Assembly (NCBI GenBank): GCA_016713365.1
Contig: JADJPG010000006.1
Span: 52,443 to 116,442, forward strand
Length of the DNA stretch: 64,000 bases
Direction: 5' to 3'
DNA from: Verrucomicrobiota bacterium
Lineage (GTDB): Bacteria > Verrucomicrobiota > Verrucomicrobiia > Limisphaerales > JADJPG01
Both the position numbers and the translations under genes were made by a program. The notes beneath the pieces are model-generated. The model worked only from the letters and a program-made list of their open reading frames with translations. It did no database searches and was not told the DNA's origin. Positions 31,184-41,994 of this stretch are shown one piece after another. Position 1 is the stretch's first letter. Each line of letters starts with the position of its first letter.

Positions 31184-32470
31184 TCACTCGCGCTCTGGCT
31201 TCCCCGAGGAAAGCGCGCGGCGTCCAGCAACTTTCCCGACCCAGTAGCCGAACACGAACGGAAGCCCGAGCACGATGAGCAGCGCGAGCACGAGATAGAA
31301 CAACACCGTGCCGACCAGGCTGCGCAGTTGCTGACCAGCGCGATCGATCGCGTTCTGCGCCATCTTGTCCGTGGCCATGGCGATCTCCGCACGCTCCCGC
31401 GCGAAATCCCGGGTCAGTGATTCACGCTGAACATCGAGCGACTTGACGACTTCAATCCGCTCGGCGCGCAGTGTCTCGAGGACCGCTTCGCGCTCGGTTT
31501 TGAACGTGGCCAGCGTCGCGGTCCATTGCCGATCGAACCGCGCGAGTTCCGGTGCCAGCGTCGTGGTCAAGTCACTGGTGGCCTTGGTCAATTGACGGGC
31601 ATTCTCGACCAGCACTTTTGAATTCTCCGCCAGGACAGGAAACGCCTCGAACATCGCCTCCGCGCCGACGGAAAACTTCCGCATCCCCTCCGCGAACGGT
31701 TCCCATTCGGCGCGTTCCAGATCCACGCGCCACCGCAGTTCCATCGGCACCTGCTGTCCCATCATGGTGACTCGATCGGAAAGGTCCGTGATGGCTTCCG
31801 GCATGTTCCCAACGGTGGGAACGGAATCCGTCGCGGAATCCCGCCGCCAGCGAAGCGACGCCGAATCCCGTTCGAAAGCGATACTGGTCAACGCATTGGT
31901 GGCGCAATAATCGGCGATGAAGGTGGAGGCGCGGTCGAATTCGCCTGGTGAAAGATTCCTCCGGGCGATTCCCGAAATCTCGCCCTCCATCTCCGCCGCC
32001 AGAGCGGTCGCGTAGGCACCGTTGGTCCCGAAAGATTGTTCGCCGGAGTACTTGCCGAAATAGTCATTCATCTGCCGGCAGAACGTCCACGTGTCGACCA
32101 GCGCAAGCATTGGCTCGGTGCTGAACGCGGATTGGCGTACGGACGCTGTCGCGGAGAGTTTCCAGCGAATCGTGTTTAGTCGAACCTCTGGCGAAGTCGT
32201 GCGCGCCGCAATCTCGTCCGCCACTTTGGCGACTCGGACGGAGAACACATTGGCGAATTCCCGGGTTTGGAGGCGCAGGCTGAGGTCCCGCGATGGCATC
32301 GGCTCGCCACCCAGATTGAATTTCAGCAATGAGCACCCGCCCAGCAACCCCGATAAGACCACCATCAACGCGAGGAAAGAAATTCGAGTTACGGCGGGAA
32401 ATTGGGCGAGGGAAAAGGAATCAAACACGAGTCGTCGGCGGAAGCTACGAAACAAGTCATCGGCAGTCAT
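31184..32470 (-). CDS. Hypothetical lipoprotein with coiled-coil region and C-terminal TM helix
   Basis: Likely start MTADDLF.. (ATG 32470). Lipobox LSGLLGGC. C-terminal LVGTVLFYLVLALLIVLGLPFVFGYWVG. No family recognised. Confidence 0.55.
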   Translation of the reverse strand: MTADDLFRSFRRRLVFDSFSLAQFPAVTRISFLALMVVLSGLLGGCSLLKFNLGGEPMPSRDLSLRLQTREFANVFSVRVAKVADEIAARTTSPEVRLNTIRWKLSATASVRQSAFSTEPMLALVDTWTFCRQMNDYFGKYSGEQSFGTNGAYATALAAEMEGEISGIARRNLSPGEFDRASTFIADYCATNALTSIAFERDSASLRWRRDSATDSVPTVGNMPEAITDLSDRVTMMGQQVPMELRWRVDLERAEWEPFAEGMRKFSVGAEAMFEAFPVLAENSKVLVENARQLTKATSDLTTTLAPELARFDRQWTATLATFKTEREAVLETLRAERIEVVKSLDVQRESLTRDFARERAEIAMATDKMAQNAIDRAGQQLRSLVGTVLFYLVLALLIVLGLPFVFGYWVGKVAGRRALSSGKPERE

Positions 32471-32611
32471 GACACCTGAATACTCGTCAGGTTCTTTCCG
32501 CCAATGCAATGCGAACTGCCGTCCAGCCTCGAGGGAAGATGGAGACGAACGGAAAAGCGGCTCGCCCCGACCAGCGCTCTTCAACGACCTGATGCGGGCT
32601 GGCGCCCTCAA

Positions 32612-32770
32612 TCACCGCGCTTTGCGGCGCAGAAGTACGAGTCCTCCGACCGCCATGGAAAGCATCGTAACCGTCAAACCGCCATCGGGGACATTAACCG
32701 GATCCGCCACGGCCATGGCAGGAGAGGTGAGGACGGCAAGGGCCGCGGCGAAGGTATAGATCGAGCGCAT
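32612..32770 (-). CDS. 52-aa signal peptide + VPDSG-CTERM-type sorting tail mini-protein
   Basis: MRSIYTFAAALAVLTSPAMA / VADPVN / VPDGGLTVTMLSMAVGGLVLLRRKAR gives a leader, 6 residues, then the VPDGG motif, a TM helix and a basic cluster. The upstream part of ORF 32612-33220 looks non-coding and overlaps selO. Confidence 0.5.
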   Translation of the reverse strand: MRSIYTFAAALAVLTSPAMAVADPVNVPDGGLTVTMLSMAVGGLVLLRRKAR

Positions 32771-33041
32771 GATATCGTTTTTGGTTCCAGGCTTCGCAGA
32801 CCTCACGCATTGAGGCGGAACAACAGCCTGATTCAGAGTGCGAGAGAGTAACACACTTCCCCACATTCTCAAACGCGACGATCGACCGGGGAATCCCCGA
32901 ACAACTCGCGCCCTCGTCCAGCAGTAAGCCCACCTGACAGGCTGCCTCTTCAGCGCCCATTGGTTTGGCAAGCGCGGCGATCTGAGGCAGATGGAACTTC
33001 GAGCAGGACTCACGGCAACCAAGCCGCTATGCTCACCGGGA

Positions 33042-34551
33042 ATGATGAACGATGAAACGGAGCAACCTGGCGCGCAGTCTGCCAACTCCAGCCCCCTGCT
33101 CCGCGCCGGCTGGCGCTTCGACAATTCGTATGCCCGCCTGCCCGGCGCGTTCCACGCCCGGTTCATCCCACGCCCGTGGCCGAGCCGCGCGTCGTCCTGC
33201 TGAACCGTCCCCTCGCCCACGCACTGGAGCTCGATGCGGACATTCTCGGCAGGCCATGACCGCGACCTGCTTCACCGGGAACCAGGTTCCTTCCGGCGCC
33301 ACCCCATCGCCCAAGCGTACGCCGGCCACCAGTTCGGCCACCTCGCCCGACTCGGCGATGGACGCGCCATCCTGCTCGGGGAACACGTGACTCCCTCCGG
33401 AGAACGCTTCGACATCCAGCTCAAGGGCGCCGGCCCCACGCCGTACTCCCGCCGGGGCGACGGTCGTGCTGCCCTCGGTCCGATGCTCCGCGAGTATCTC
33501 ATCAGCGAGGCCATGCACGGCCTCGGCATTCCCACCACGCGCAGCCTGGCCGTCGCCAGCGACGGGCGAACCGGTTTATCGCGAGCAACCGCTCCCCGGC
33601 GCCGTGCTCACCGGGGTCGCGGCCAGCCACATCCGTGTCGGAACCTTCGAGAACTTCGCCGCGCTCGGCGATTCGACTGGCCCTCCGCCTGCTCGCCGAT
33701 TACACCTGCGCCGCCATTTCCCGAAACGGGCGGAGTCGGAGCATCCCGCGCTGGGCCTGCTGGAAGGCGTCATGGAGCGCCAGGCCTCGCTCCTCGCCCA
33801 GTGGATGCGCGTCGGCTTTGTCCATGGCGTGATGAACACCGACAACATGGCATTGTCCGGCGAAACCATCGACTACGGGCCCTGCGCCTTCATCGACGCC
33901 TACGACCCGGCCACCGTCTTCAGTTCAATTGACCAGCAGGGCCGCTACGCCTTCGGGCAGCAGCCGCACATTGCCGCGTGGAATCTCGCCCGCTTCGCCG
34001 AAGCCCTCCTGCCCATTCTCCACCCCGACCCCGACACCGCGCTGGCCCGCGCGCAGGAAATCATCGAGGCCTTCTCCGTCCGCTTTCAACATCACTGGCT
34101 CGCCGCCTTGCGCGGCAAGCTCGGCCTCTGCACCGCCGAGCCCGAAGACGCCGCCCTCGGCGAAGAGCTGCTTCGCTGGATGCAAGAAACGCGCGCCGAC
34201 TACACCCACACTTTCCGAAACCTGCGACCGATTCCAGCTTCGGGATCAACACCGCCCAGCGATGTCTCATTTGTCGCATGGCACGAGCGCTGGATCAAAC
34301 GCCTCGCCCAACAGCCTCAGCCGCCCGCAGAAGTGCTCCAGCTCATGAACGCCTACAACCCCGTGGTGATTCCGCGAAATCATGAAGTGGAAGCCGTCCT
34401 AAACGCCGCGACCTCCGTGAATGATCTCGCGCCACTCGGGAAGTTGCTTGCCTCACTCGCGAGGCCTTACGAAGAAACTGGCCAGCCCGATACTCTGAAA
34501 AATCCCCCGCCTCCGGGCACCCCGATTTGCCGAACCTTCTGCGGCACTTAA
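33042..34551 (+). CDS. selO: Protein adenylyltransferase SelO (YdiU) (at least three apparent indels in the first 550 nt)
   Basis: [108 protein letters not shown]. These blocks are spread over ORFs 32991-33203, 33052-33390, 33234-33932 and 33466-34551. Confidence 0.85.
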
Positions 34552-34706
34552 CAACTGGAGAAAATCATCGTTGCGACAACGACGCAGGCTTCCCGCATCG
34601 TTCAACGTGAAATCCGTTCACCTCCAACACATCTGGAAATAACACCTCCGCCGATCACGGAGAACCGAACCGAGATTCCTCTCCCGCGCGGACGCGAACC
34701 GATCAC

Positions 34707-34925
34707 CTAGCGGCGACCCGACCGGCGACGAGGCTTCTGGGACGATTTGCCGGGAGAATTCCGGTATTTCCGCCCGCCGCGTTTTCGGCCCTCGTTCGGC
34801 TTCGCTATCTGGCTCGCCTCGGCAGAAGCACGAAGCTGCCGTTTGACAGCTTCCGAGCCGTGCGCCGCCGCCATGTGGACTTGAAGCCCAAAGGGCATCT
34901 TTTGATTACAAATCGGGCAGTTCAC
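34707..34925 (-). CDS. 72-aa C2H2-like zinc-finger protein with highly basic tail
   Basis: MNCPICNQKMPFGLQVHMAAAH (C-x2-C-x10-H-x4-H) followed by ..GRKRGGRKYRNSPGKSSQKPRRRSGRR. Confidence 0.45.
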   Translation of the reverse strand: MNCPICNQKMPFGLQVHMAAAHGSEAVKRQLRASAEASQIAKPNEGRKRGGRKYRNSPGKSSQKPRRRSGRR

Positions 34926-35452
34926 AGATTAGGATTCGTACGTATAATTTTTGACTTCATCGAAAGGAGCACGCCCGCGAAAGCTGACAGTTTCACCCTC
35001 ACCCCACAAGCAGCGAATCCGGCTGCAGACGAAATCTTGGTTTCACAGGGAAGGACTTCGCCCACCGAAACTCGACCGACTCCCTCGTCAATAAAACCCA
35101 AGGCCCATGGTCAGCGCAGGTTGTAACGTACACTATCGACGATCGCCGCGCTCAGTGAGGCCATGTGCACCAACTGCCGCCTCCACCCCGGCCGCTGAAG
35201 CGCGGAAATCGACTTTGAGCCCAAGATCATCAAGCGCGGCTTGGATGCCTCAAGGTTTTGAGTCGCGATCGGGTTCGCCAGAACAAACCCCGGACACACG
35301 GCGCTTGCGGAAGTCGACGATCTTGCGGTAGGAATCACCGAGCGATAGTTACGGCACCATCCCGGTGCTTCAGCATTGGCGAACCTTACGCGACTCTTGC
35401 CCGTCCAGATGGCGAGACGGACGATTGAGGCAGGGAGTCGATTGTCCGCATT

Positions 35453-35540
35453 GCCGGTGTGGCGAAATGGCAGACGCACAGGACTTAAAATCCTGGGACC
35501 ATAAAAAGTCGTGTGGGTTCGAGTCCCACCACCGGCACCA
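35453..35540 (+). tRNA. tRNA-Leu (anticodon UAA), CCA encoded
   Basis: Acceptor GCCGGTG/CACCGGC, D-arm GTGGCGAAATGGCAGACGC, anticodon stem-loop CAGGA-CTTAAAA-TCCTG, long variable arm, T-arm GTGGGTTCGAGTCCCAC, ACCA. Confidence 0.95.
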
Positions 35541-35589
35541 TTCTTAACCTGCTGTAGCGCAGTAGGATAGTGTGAAAGGGAGGATGCAG

Positions 35590-35612
35590 TGCCAGTGAAA
35601 CTGCCAGTGAAA
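35590..35612 (+). repeat. Tandem direct repeat TGCCAGTGAAA-c-TGCCAGTGAAA next to the tRNA/integrase junction
   Basis: Two identical 11-mers at 35590-35600 and 35602-35612, read directly from the sequence. Confidence 0.6.
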
Positions 35613-35756
35613 TCAATACCGGGTGAAAACTTAATCATCACTCCGGCATTAACCGGCAATCACTCGCGATGACAGGATTCGCCGCCTGTTTTGTGTAGCA
35701 GCTAAACCACACCCTGCACGCAGCTTCATAACCTTCGGACAAAAAGAATCCGAATT

Positions 35757-36829
35757 ATGAAACGTCCTTTCATCCTTTACCGCCGCAAAACGAGTGGAGT
35801 TTTTTACGTCGAAGATACGAGGACTCGAAAGCAAGAAAGCTTGGGCACCAAAGTTCGCGCCGAGGCGGCTGCCTTGCTCAACGCCCGCAATGAGGCCGTC
35901 CGGCAACCTCAACTCAATCTGCTCATTGCCAAGGCGTATCTGGCGGGGACGGACGCAGGCGTTTCCAACCGGACCTGGCAGCAGGCTTTCGACGCGATCA
36001 TTGCCTGCAAACGAAACTCAACCAAGGAGCGCTGGGAACGCGGGGCCAGACAGGCGGCATTCGATCTGATCCGAAATCTTGTCATCATTGAAACGCAGGC
36101 GGAACACCTGCTCGCCTGCATGCAGTCCGGGACCGTCAGCACCAATGTGCTTCTGCGCGAACTCCACAACTATTGCCTCGGCATGAACTGGCTTTCGTGG
36201 CCCATCATCCAAAGAAAGCTCTGGCCCAAGATTGAATACCAACCGAAGCGAGCGATCACGGCCGACGAACATCGCCGTATCATGGACCGGGAGCGGAATG
36301 AGGAAAATCGAAAGTTTTATGACCTCTGCTGGCATCTCGGCGGATCGCAAACTGACATTGCCAATCTGGCGGCTGAAAACATCGATTGGCCGGAACGGGT
36401 CATTTCCTATGCCCGTCGGAAAACCGGCAGCCCGGCCTTCATTCACTTCGGGCCGGCGGTTGAAGTCGTCTTGCGATCCTTGCCACACCAAGGCTTATTG
36501 TTCCCGCGTCTTGCGGTCATGCTGGAAAAGCATCGGGCCAAGGAGTTCAAACGTCGCTGCGTAGGTTTGGGTATCCTGGGCGTTTCTCTTCACTCCTACC
36601 GTTACGCTTGGGCAGAGCGCGCCAAGCAGTGCGGCTACCCGGAGCGCTTCGCACAGGAGGCTCTGGGGCACAACAGCAAAGCCGTTCACCGGGCCTACTC
36701 CCGCAAAGCACTCGTTCGCCTGCCTTCGCTGGAAAGCTACGAGGAAACCAGGCGGAGAATGCCATCATTCAGTTGCCGCGGTCATCTCTTCCGCGGACCA
36801 GGAAGCCAATTTGGGGCAGAAGGATCTAA
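35757..36829 (+). CDS. Tyrosine recombinase / phage-type integrase (apparent 1-nt deletion in A-run 36745-36747)
   Basis: Catalytic-domain pattern ..WHLGGSQTDIANL.., LHSYRYAWAERA (HxxR), GHNSKAVHRAY (His..Tyr). With one extra A the C-terminus reads ..LPSLESYEENQAENAIIQLPR.. and stops at 36829. The uncorrected ORF runs on to 37184 over the convergent gene. Confidence 0.85.
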
Positions 36830-37147
36830 CCCTCAGTTGACCCTCCTTCGTCCCGTTCGCCCGCATGTTTTGCCGGCGGGCGTTTCGTTCGCGCCAGTAG
36901 GTGGCGATGGCATCGCTGGCGCGGGCGAGCCACTTCTCGTCCGCGCAGTTGTTCCAAAATTTCCGTGGCAAAGAACTTTGTGCTGTTGCGGGCAGGATGT
37001 CCCAGAGGCTTCAACAAGCCTGCCGCAACAAGCATCGGAATTTCGTGCGGTTCAAACCCAAGCAACCACGCTGTCTGTGTTGCATCCAGCCGCGCCGGAA
37101 CAATCTTCCAACCAAGAAACTCTGTTCTTTTGTGCGGTCGTGTTCAT
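36765..37147 (-). CDS. Excisionase/AlpA-like HTH protein (two apparent indels)
   Basis: ATG 37147 overlaps the upstream stop (ATGA). Reading MNTTAQKNRVSWL / KIVPARLDATQTAWLLGFEPHEIPMLVAAGLLKPLGHPARNSTKFFATEILEQL / CADEKWLARASDAIATYWRERNARR... The C-terminal end is uncertain. Confidence 0.5.
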
Positions 37148-40100
37148 ACGCGGATGCCCCGCGGCGCTTTGCCGGGGCGGATGAGTTGGGTTTGCTTCTC
37201 TGTCGTGGTTTGCCCGCTTGCGTCAGGCAGATCCGCCTCCACCTGGCTGGGTGCTTGGTTCTTGGTCAGGTCGAGTTGTTCCTCGATCTCGCTTTGGCGA
37301 CGGCACAGGTGTTGGTAGTGCTCCTCTTTCTCGAACGCTGCGCCGACTTTGGTTTCCAGTTCCTTGGCCCGCTTATGGGCATCGGTGAGGTCAGTCTCAG
37401 CTTGGTGGCGCGTTCCTCAAGCCCTTGGACGTTCGCTTCGAGTGATCGGATTGTGCCAAGAGCCGTATCGGTGACGCGCGCGGCGTAACTGTTCTGCCCC
37501 CGCACGACCACTTCGACAGTGTTGTTGAAGCTGGGACGAAGAAACAAATCGAACCCCGCAAAGCGACCAAGGCGCACATCGTCACCGAAACGATTTTTGA
37601 TCTTCTCCGCACGGCGAACGATCAACTCGCCGGCGATTCCACGGTTGTTCAGTTTCCTGCCCGTCAAGTTCGATGCTGAACTTATCGCCCGACGTATCCT
37701 GCCGCACCGCGATGTCCTGCCGCAGATTCGTCAGACGGCCGGTGAACGCCTCGGCGTCTTCGTGGGAGCGGCGGAGATTGGAGCGGATGCGGTATTGTTC
37801 CTCGGCATGGGCGGAGCGCAGTCGCGTCAGCCGCATCAACTCGGCGTCCACCTGCGCTTTCTCGATCACCAGTGGATTGCCGGACGCGATGGCTTTGACC
37901 TCGGCGTAGGTCAGCGCGGCCGAGTCGAGGTCTTCCAAGCGGCGGATGGTCATGTCCCCGCTCATGACCTGGGCGATGAACTTGGCCTTCGTTTCCAACG
38001 TCTGCCACATGTAGGCGTCGAAACTGCCTTCCGTGACGTAGCGGAAAATCTGAACGGTGGAGTTCTTGTTGCCTTGGCGAAGGATGCGTCCTTCGCGCTG
38101 CTCCACGTCCGCCGGTCGCCACGGCGCATCGAGATGATGCAAGGCAATCAAACGCTCCTGCACATTCGTCCCTGAACCCATCTTTTGCGTGCTGCCGAAC
38201 AGGACGCGGACCTTGCCCGCACGCACATCGCGGAACAACGCCAGCTTGGACGCGTCCGAATCGTAATCTTGAATGAAGGCGATTTCGTTGCTCGGAATTC
38301 CCAACCGTTCCAACTTTTGCGCCATGTCGTTATAGACGGAGAAGCCTCGGTCTTTTGGCGTAGAGAGGTCGCAGAACACAAGCTGGGCGGAACGCTCTGG
38401 CTTGGACTCCTGCCAGATTTCGGAAAATCTTCTCAACCGCCAGATTCACCTTGCCTTGCGGTTCATCCGGCGCGGACGGTTTCATCAACCGAAGATCCAA
38501 AGCCGCCTTCCGCCCCTCGGACGTGATTTTCAGCATATTGTCTTCGCTGGGGTCAACCCGGCCTGTCCTCAATCTCTCGGCGCGGGCGGCGAGCGACTGA
38601 ACGAATGCCTTGAGTTCCTCCGTGGCCGGCGCGTTGCGGATGGTCGGCTTTTCTCCGTCCAGCTTCGGGCGCGGCAAGTTGAGCATCGCGGCGGTTTGCA
38701 CGTCGGCGGACTGGCGGAACATCTGCATCAGCTCCGGCACATTGATGAAGCGCGCGAAGCGGGTGTTGAGCCGGTAGCCCGCGCCGTCCGGCGAAAGTTC
38801 CATCGCGGTGACCGGCTCGCCGAACGTGGCTGCCCACGAATCGAAGTGATGCAGGTGGTGCTGTTTCAGTGCCTCGGGCTGGAGATACCGCTGCATGGTG
38901 AACATCTCGGCCATGCTGTTCGCGATGGGCGTGCCCGTGGCGAACACCACACCGCCCCCGCCGTTGAGCGACTGGATGTGCCGGACTTTCAGATACATGT
39001 CGAAGGCCCTTTCGCTGGCTGTCTGCGGCAGCCCCGCGATGCGCGTCATCTTGGTAACGTAAAACAGGTTTTTGAAGTAGTGCGCTTCGTCCACGAAAAC
39101 CCGGTCCACGCCAAGTTCCTCAAACGTAAGCGTATTGTCCTTCTTGTGCTCGGCGGCGAGGGCTTGCAGCTTGGCTTCCAGCCGCTTCTTGGCCTTCTCG
39201 ATTTCTTTGACCAAGCGGCGATTCGAGGAATCGGCGTGCTGACGCCTGATCATCTCCAACTCGTGAAGCTGTTCTTCAAAGAACCGCTCCTGCGTTTCGC
39301 GTGCCAGCGGAATGCGCTCAAATCCTGAGTGCGTGACGATGACGGCATCCCAATTGCCCGTGGCGATGCGACTGAACAACTTCTTGCGGTTCTGCGATTC
39401 GAAGTCCTCCTTGCCCGCGACCAGGATGTTCGCGCCGGGATACAACGTCAGCAGTTCGGTCGAAAACTGGCCGAGCATGTGGTTCGGAACGGAGAACATC
39501 GGCTTCCGGGCGAGGCCGAGCCGTTTCAACTCCATCGCCGCGGCGACCATCGTGAATGTCTTGCCCGCGCCGACGACGTGGGCGAGCAGCGTGTTCGGCG
39601 TTTGCAGGATGCGCCAGACGCCGGCCTTCTGGTGTCCGTGCAACTCGATCGCCCCGCTCGCGCCGGGCAACGTCAGGTGATCGCCGTTGAACGTGCGGAC
39701 GCGCGTGTGATTGAACGTGTCATTGTAGAGGCGACAAAGCCGATCGCGACGCCCATCATCCGACCAAACCCACTCCTTGAACCGCTCTTTGATGCGCTCC
39801 TGTTTCTCGCGGGCGGCTTCGGTAGCCTGCGCATTGACCACCGGTTTGTCGTCCACCGTGTCATAGACCGTTGGTGTTTTGAGATTCAGGGCGTCTTCGA
39901 TAAGTTCGAGCGCCGTGTATCGATCCGTACCCCAGTCGGTCGTATTGGCGGTTGCGCCCCTGGCTTCCCAATTCGCGTTGAGGTGCCAGGTGCCGAGCGC
40001 GTGGACGTGGCCGACCTCGACGCCGGAAGGAATGTTCAAAAGCTGATTGGTAAAATCCTTCACGTCGCTAAACGGAAGCCAAGCCGACCCCAACCGCACA

Positions 40101-41994
40101 TCAATCTCGGTCGCTGCCAGATCAGCGGGCTGCACCGACTTCAATGCCTCGACGTTCTCGGCGAAACGCGGATCGGTCAGGGCGGCGGCATCGGCGACCG
40201 CCAGTTTTTCCCGCACGTTGCCGGACAGATATTGATCGTCAGTCTCCCATTCGTTCGTTTGTGGATTGCGGAAGATCACCCCCTTCAAGTCGGGGAGGAA
40301 TTCCTCAACCGGCTGGTTCAGCAAGCCCGCCATGCGGTCGAGGTCCACGCCGCCACACTCATTCAAGCTCACGAGCAACGCTTCCTTGGGCGTTTCGACG
40401 GACTCCACCGGCTGCCGGTGGTGAATCGTCCGCTCCGTGAAGATGGTCGCCTTGGTCGCCCGCTTGGTTTCGTCGTTGTAGGTCTCCAGCGAAAGCAGCA
40501 GCGGCAAATCCGGGTCGCCGTCGAAGGCGCGTTGGTTGGCGCGGAGATTCAGCGGGCCAAACCGGGCGGTGAACCGGTCGTAAGCGATGTTGAGTTGCTG
40601 GCGCGTTTCAACGACTCGCTCTTCCGGGCTGCCGTCCACCTGGGCGCGCAGACAGTCGCGCACCGCGTCACGCACTTGAATCATACCGCGAATTCGCGAG
40701 CGGGTTTCGGACGGCAAATCGTTCAGCGGACGGAGAACGTTTTCCTCACGGAGGCAAACGATTCCATCGTGAACACAAAAGGCGTTGGGTTTAACGACGT
40801 CCGGCGCAGGAATGGTTTCCTCGATGTTGGGCTCGGCGATGTGGTGAGCGTGGGCCTGATAGATACCTAGCGGCAGGCGCTCAATCGCTTGCGCCAAAGC
40901 GTCCGCCAGGCTTCGGCCATCCGGCTCCAGCGTCGGCTCATGGTCGCGATACATCCGTCCGGTCAATCGCAGCCGGCCGAGCATCATCTCCGGTCGGGCG
41001 GCAAAGTATTCGTTGATGGTGAACGCTTCGCCGAGGTCGTTCGTGTAGCTCGCGGTCGCCTTCCAAGCCGGACCGGTGGGCGACTCACCGCGGCGCAGCT
41101 TGCGCAGCATCACAATATCGGTCGTGACCTCCGTGCCGGCGTTGCGTTTGAAGGCGTCGTTCGGAAGACGGATGGCGCCGAGGAGCTCCGCTCGTTCACG
41201 GAGCAGTTCGCGCAGCGTCGAATTCAGTTTGTCCATCGTGCCCCGCGACGTGATGAACATCACCAGACCGCCCGGACGCACTTTCTCGAGTGCCGACGCA
41301 AAGAAGTAATCGTGAATTGGCAGCTTGAGGCTGTTCCACCTTGGGTCATGAACGGTGTAATCGCCAAACGGAACGTTGGAGATGGCGAGATCGTAGAATC
41401 CATCAGCGAGCTTCGTTCGCTCGAATGGTTGCGCACGAATGTCGGCGTCCGGATAAAGCGCTTTGGCAATGCGTACCGTCAGCGGATCGATCTCGACCGC
41501 TGTGACAGTGGTGCGTCGCAGCATGTCCTCCGGCATGAGGCCGATGAAATGCCCAATGCCGCACGCGGGTTCGAGGACGCGCCCGCCTTGGAAGCCGAAT
41601 CGCGCGGTGGCCTGATACATCGCGCCGATGACGGTGGGCGACGTGTAGTGGGCATTAAGCGTGGTCGAACGCGCCTGCTCAAACTCCTCCTCGGAGAGGT
41701 TGGCGTTGAGGGCAGCACGTTCCTTGGCCCATTCGCGGTTGTAGTCATCAAAGACCTGTGGCATCGCGCCCCAACCCACGTATTGGACCAGCGCGGCTTT
41801 TTCTTCGGTGGTCGCTGGCCGCTCCTGTGCATCCAGGGCGCGGAGCGTCTCGATGGCTTTCAGATTCTGCTGAAACTTCTGCTTCGGCCCTCCATCGCCC
41901 AGACGGTCGGCTTCCGTGATGCGGTAACTGTTGGGATTGCGGGGAGGCTCTTCAGTTTTCCTAACGCGGCGGCCGTAGGCCGATTGGCCGGCGG
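37144..41994 (-). CDS. Giant N6-adenine DNA methyltransferase - SNF2/DEAD-like helicase fusion (three apparent indels; start codon unresolved)
   Basis: Methylase motif I VLEPACGIGHFIG and motif IV ISNVPFGDY. Helicase motif I VGAGKTF, II FVDEAHYFKN, C-terminal domain ..LFGSTQKMGSGTNVQERL..HHLDAPWRPADVEQREGRILRQGN. The gene continues through ORFs 37582-38436, 37266-37667 and a last frame ending ..GKAPRGIRV-stop at 37144. Nothing upstream of ~41994 in this frame looks coding. Confidence 0.85.

Noticed and set aside
25219-35452. Genomic island integrated at the tmRNA gene
   Set aside because: There is no integrase and no repeat of the ssrA 3' end. The downstream genes (ndk, oxidoreductase, selO) look like core chromosome with host-like GC.
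35111-35659. 182-aa minus-strand ORF
   Set aside because: It runs antisense straight through tRNA-Leu (35453-35540). I saw no protein-like motif.
36830-37184. C-terminal tail of the integrase ORF 35757-37184
   Set aside because: It overlaps the convergent excisionase-like gene. It disappears if one A is restored in the run 36745-36747, which gives a typical integrase C-terminus ending at 36829.
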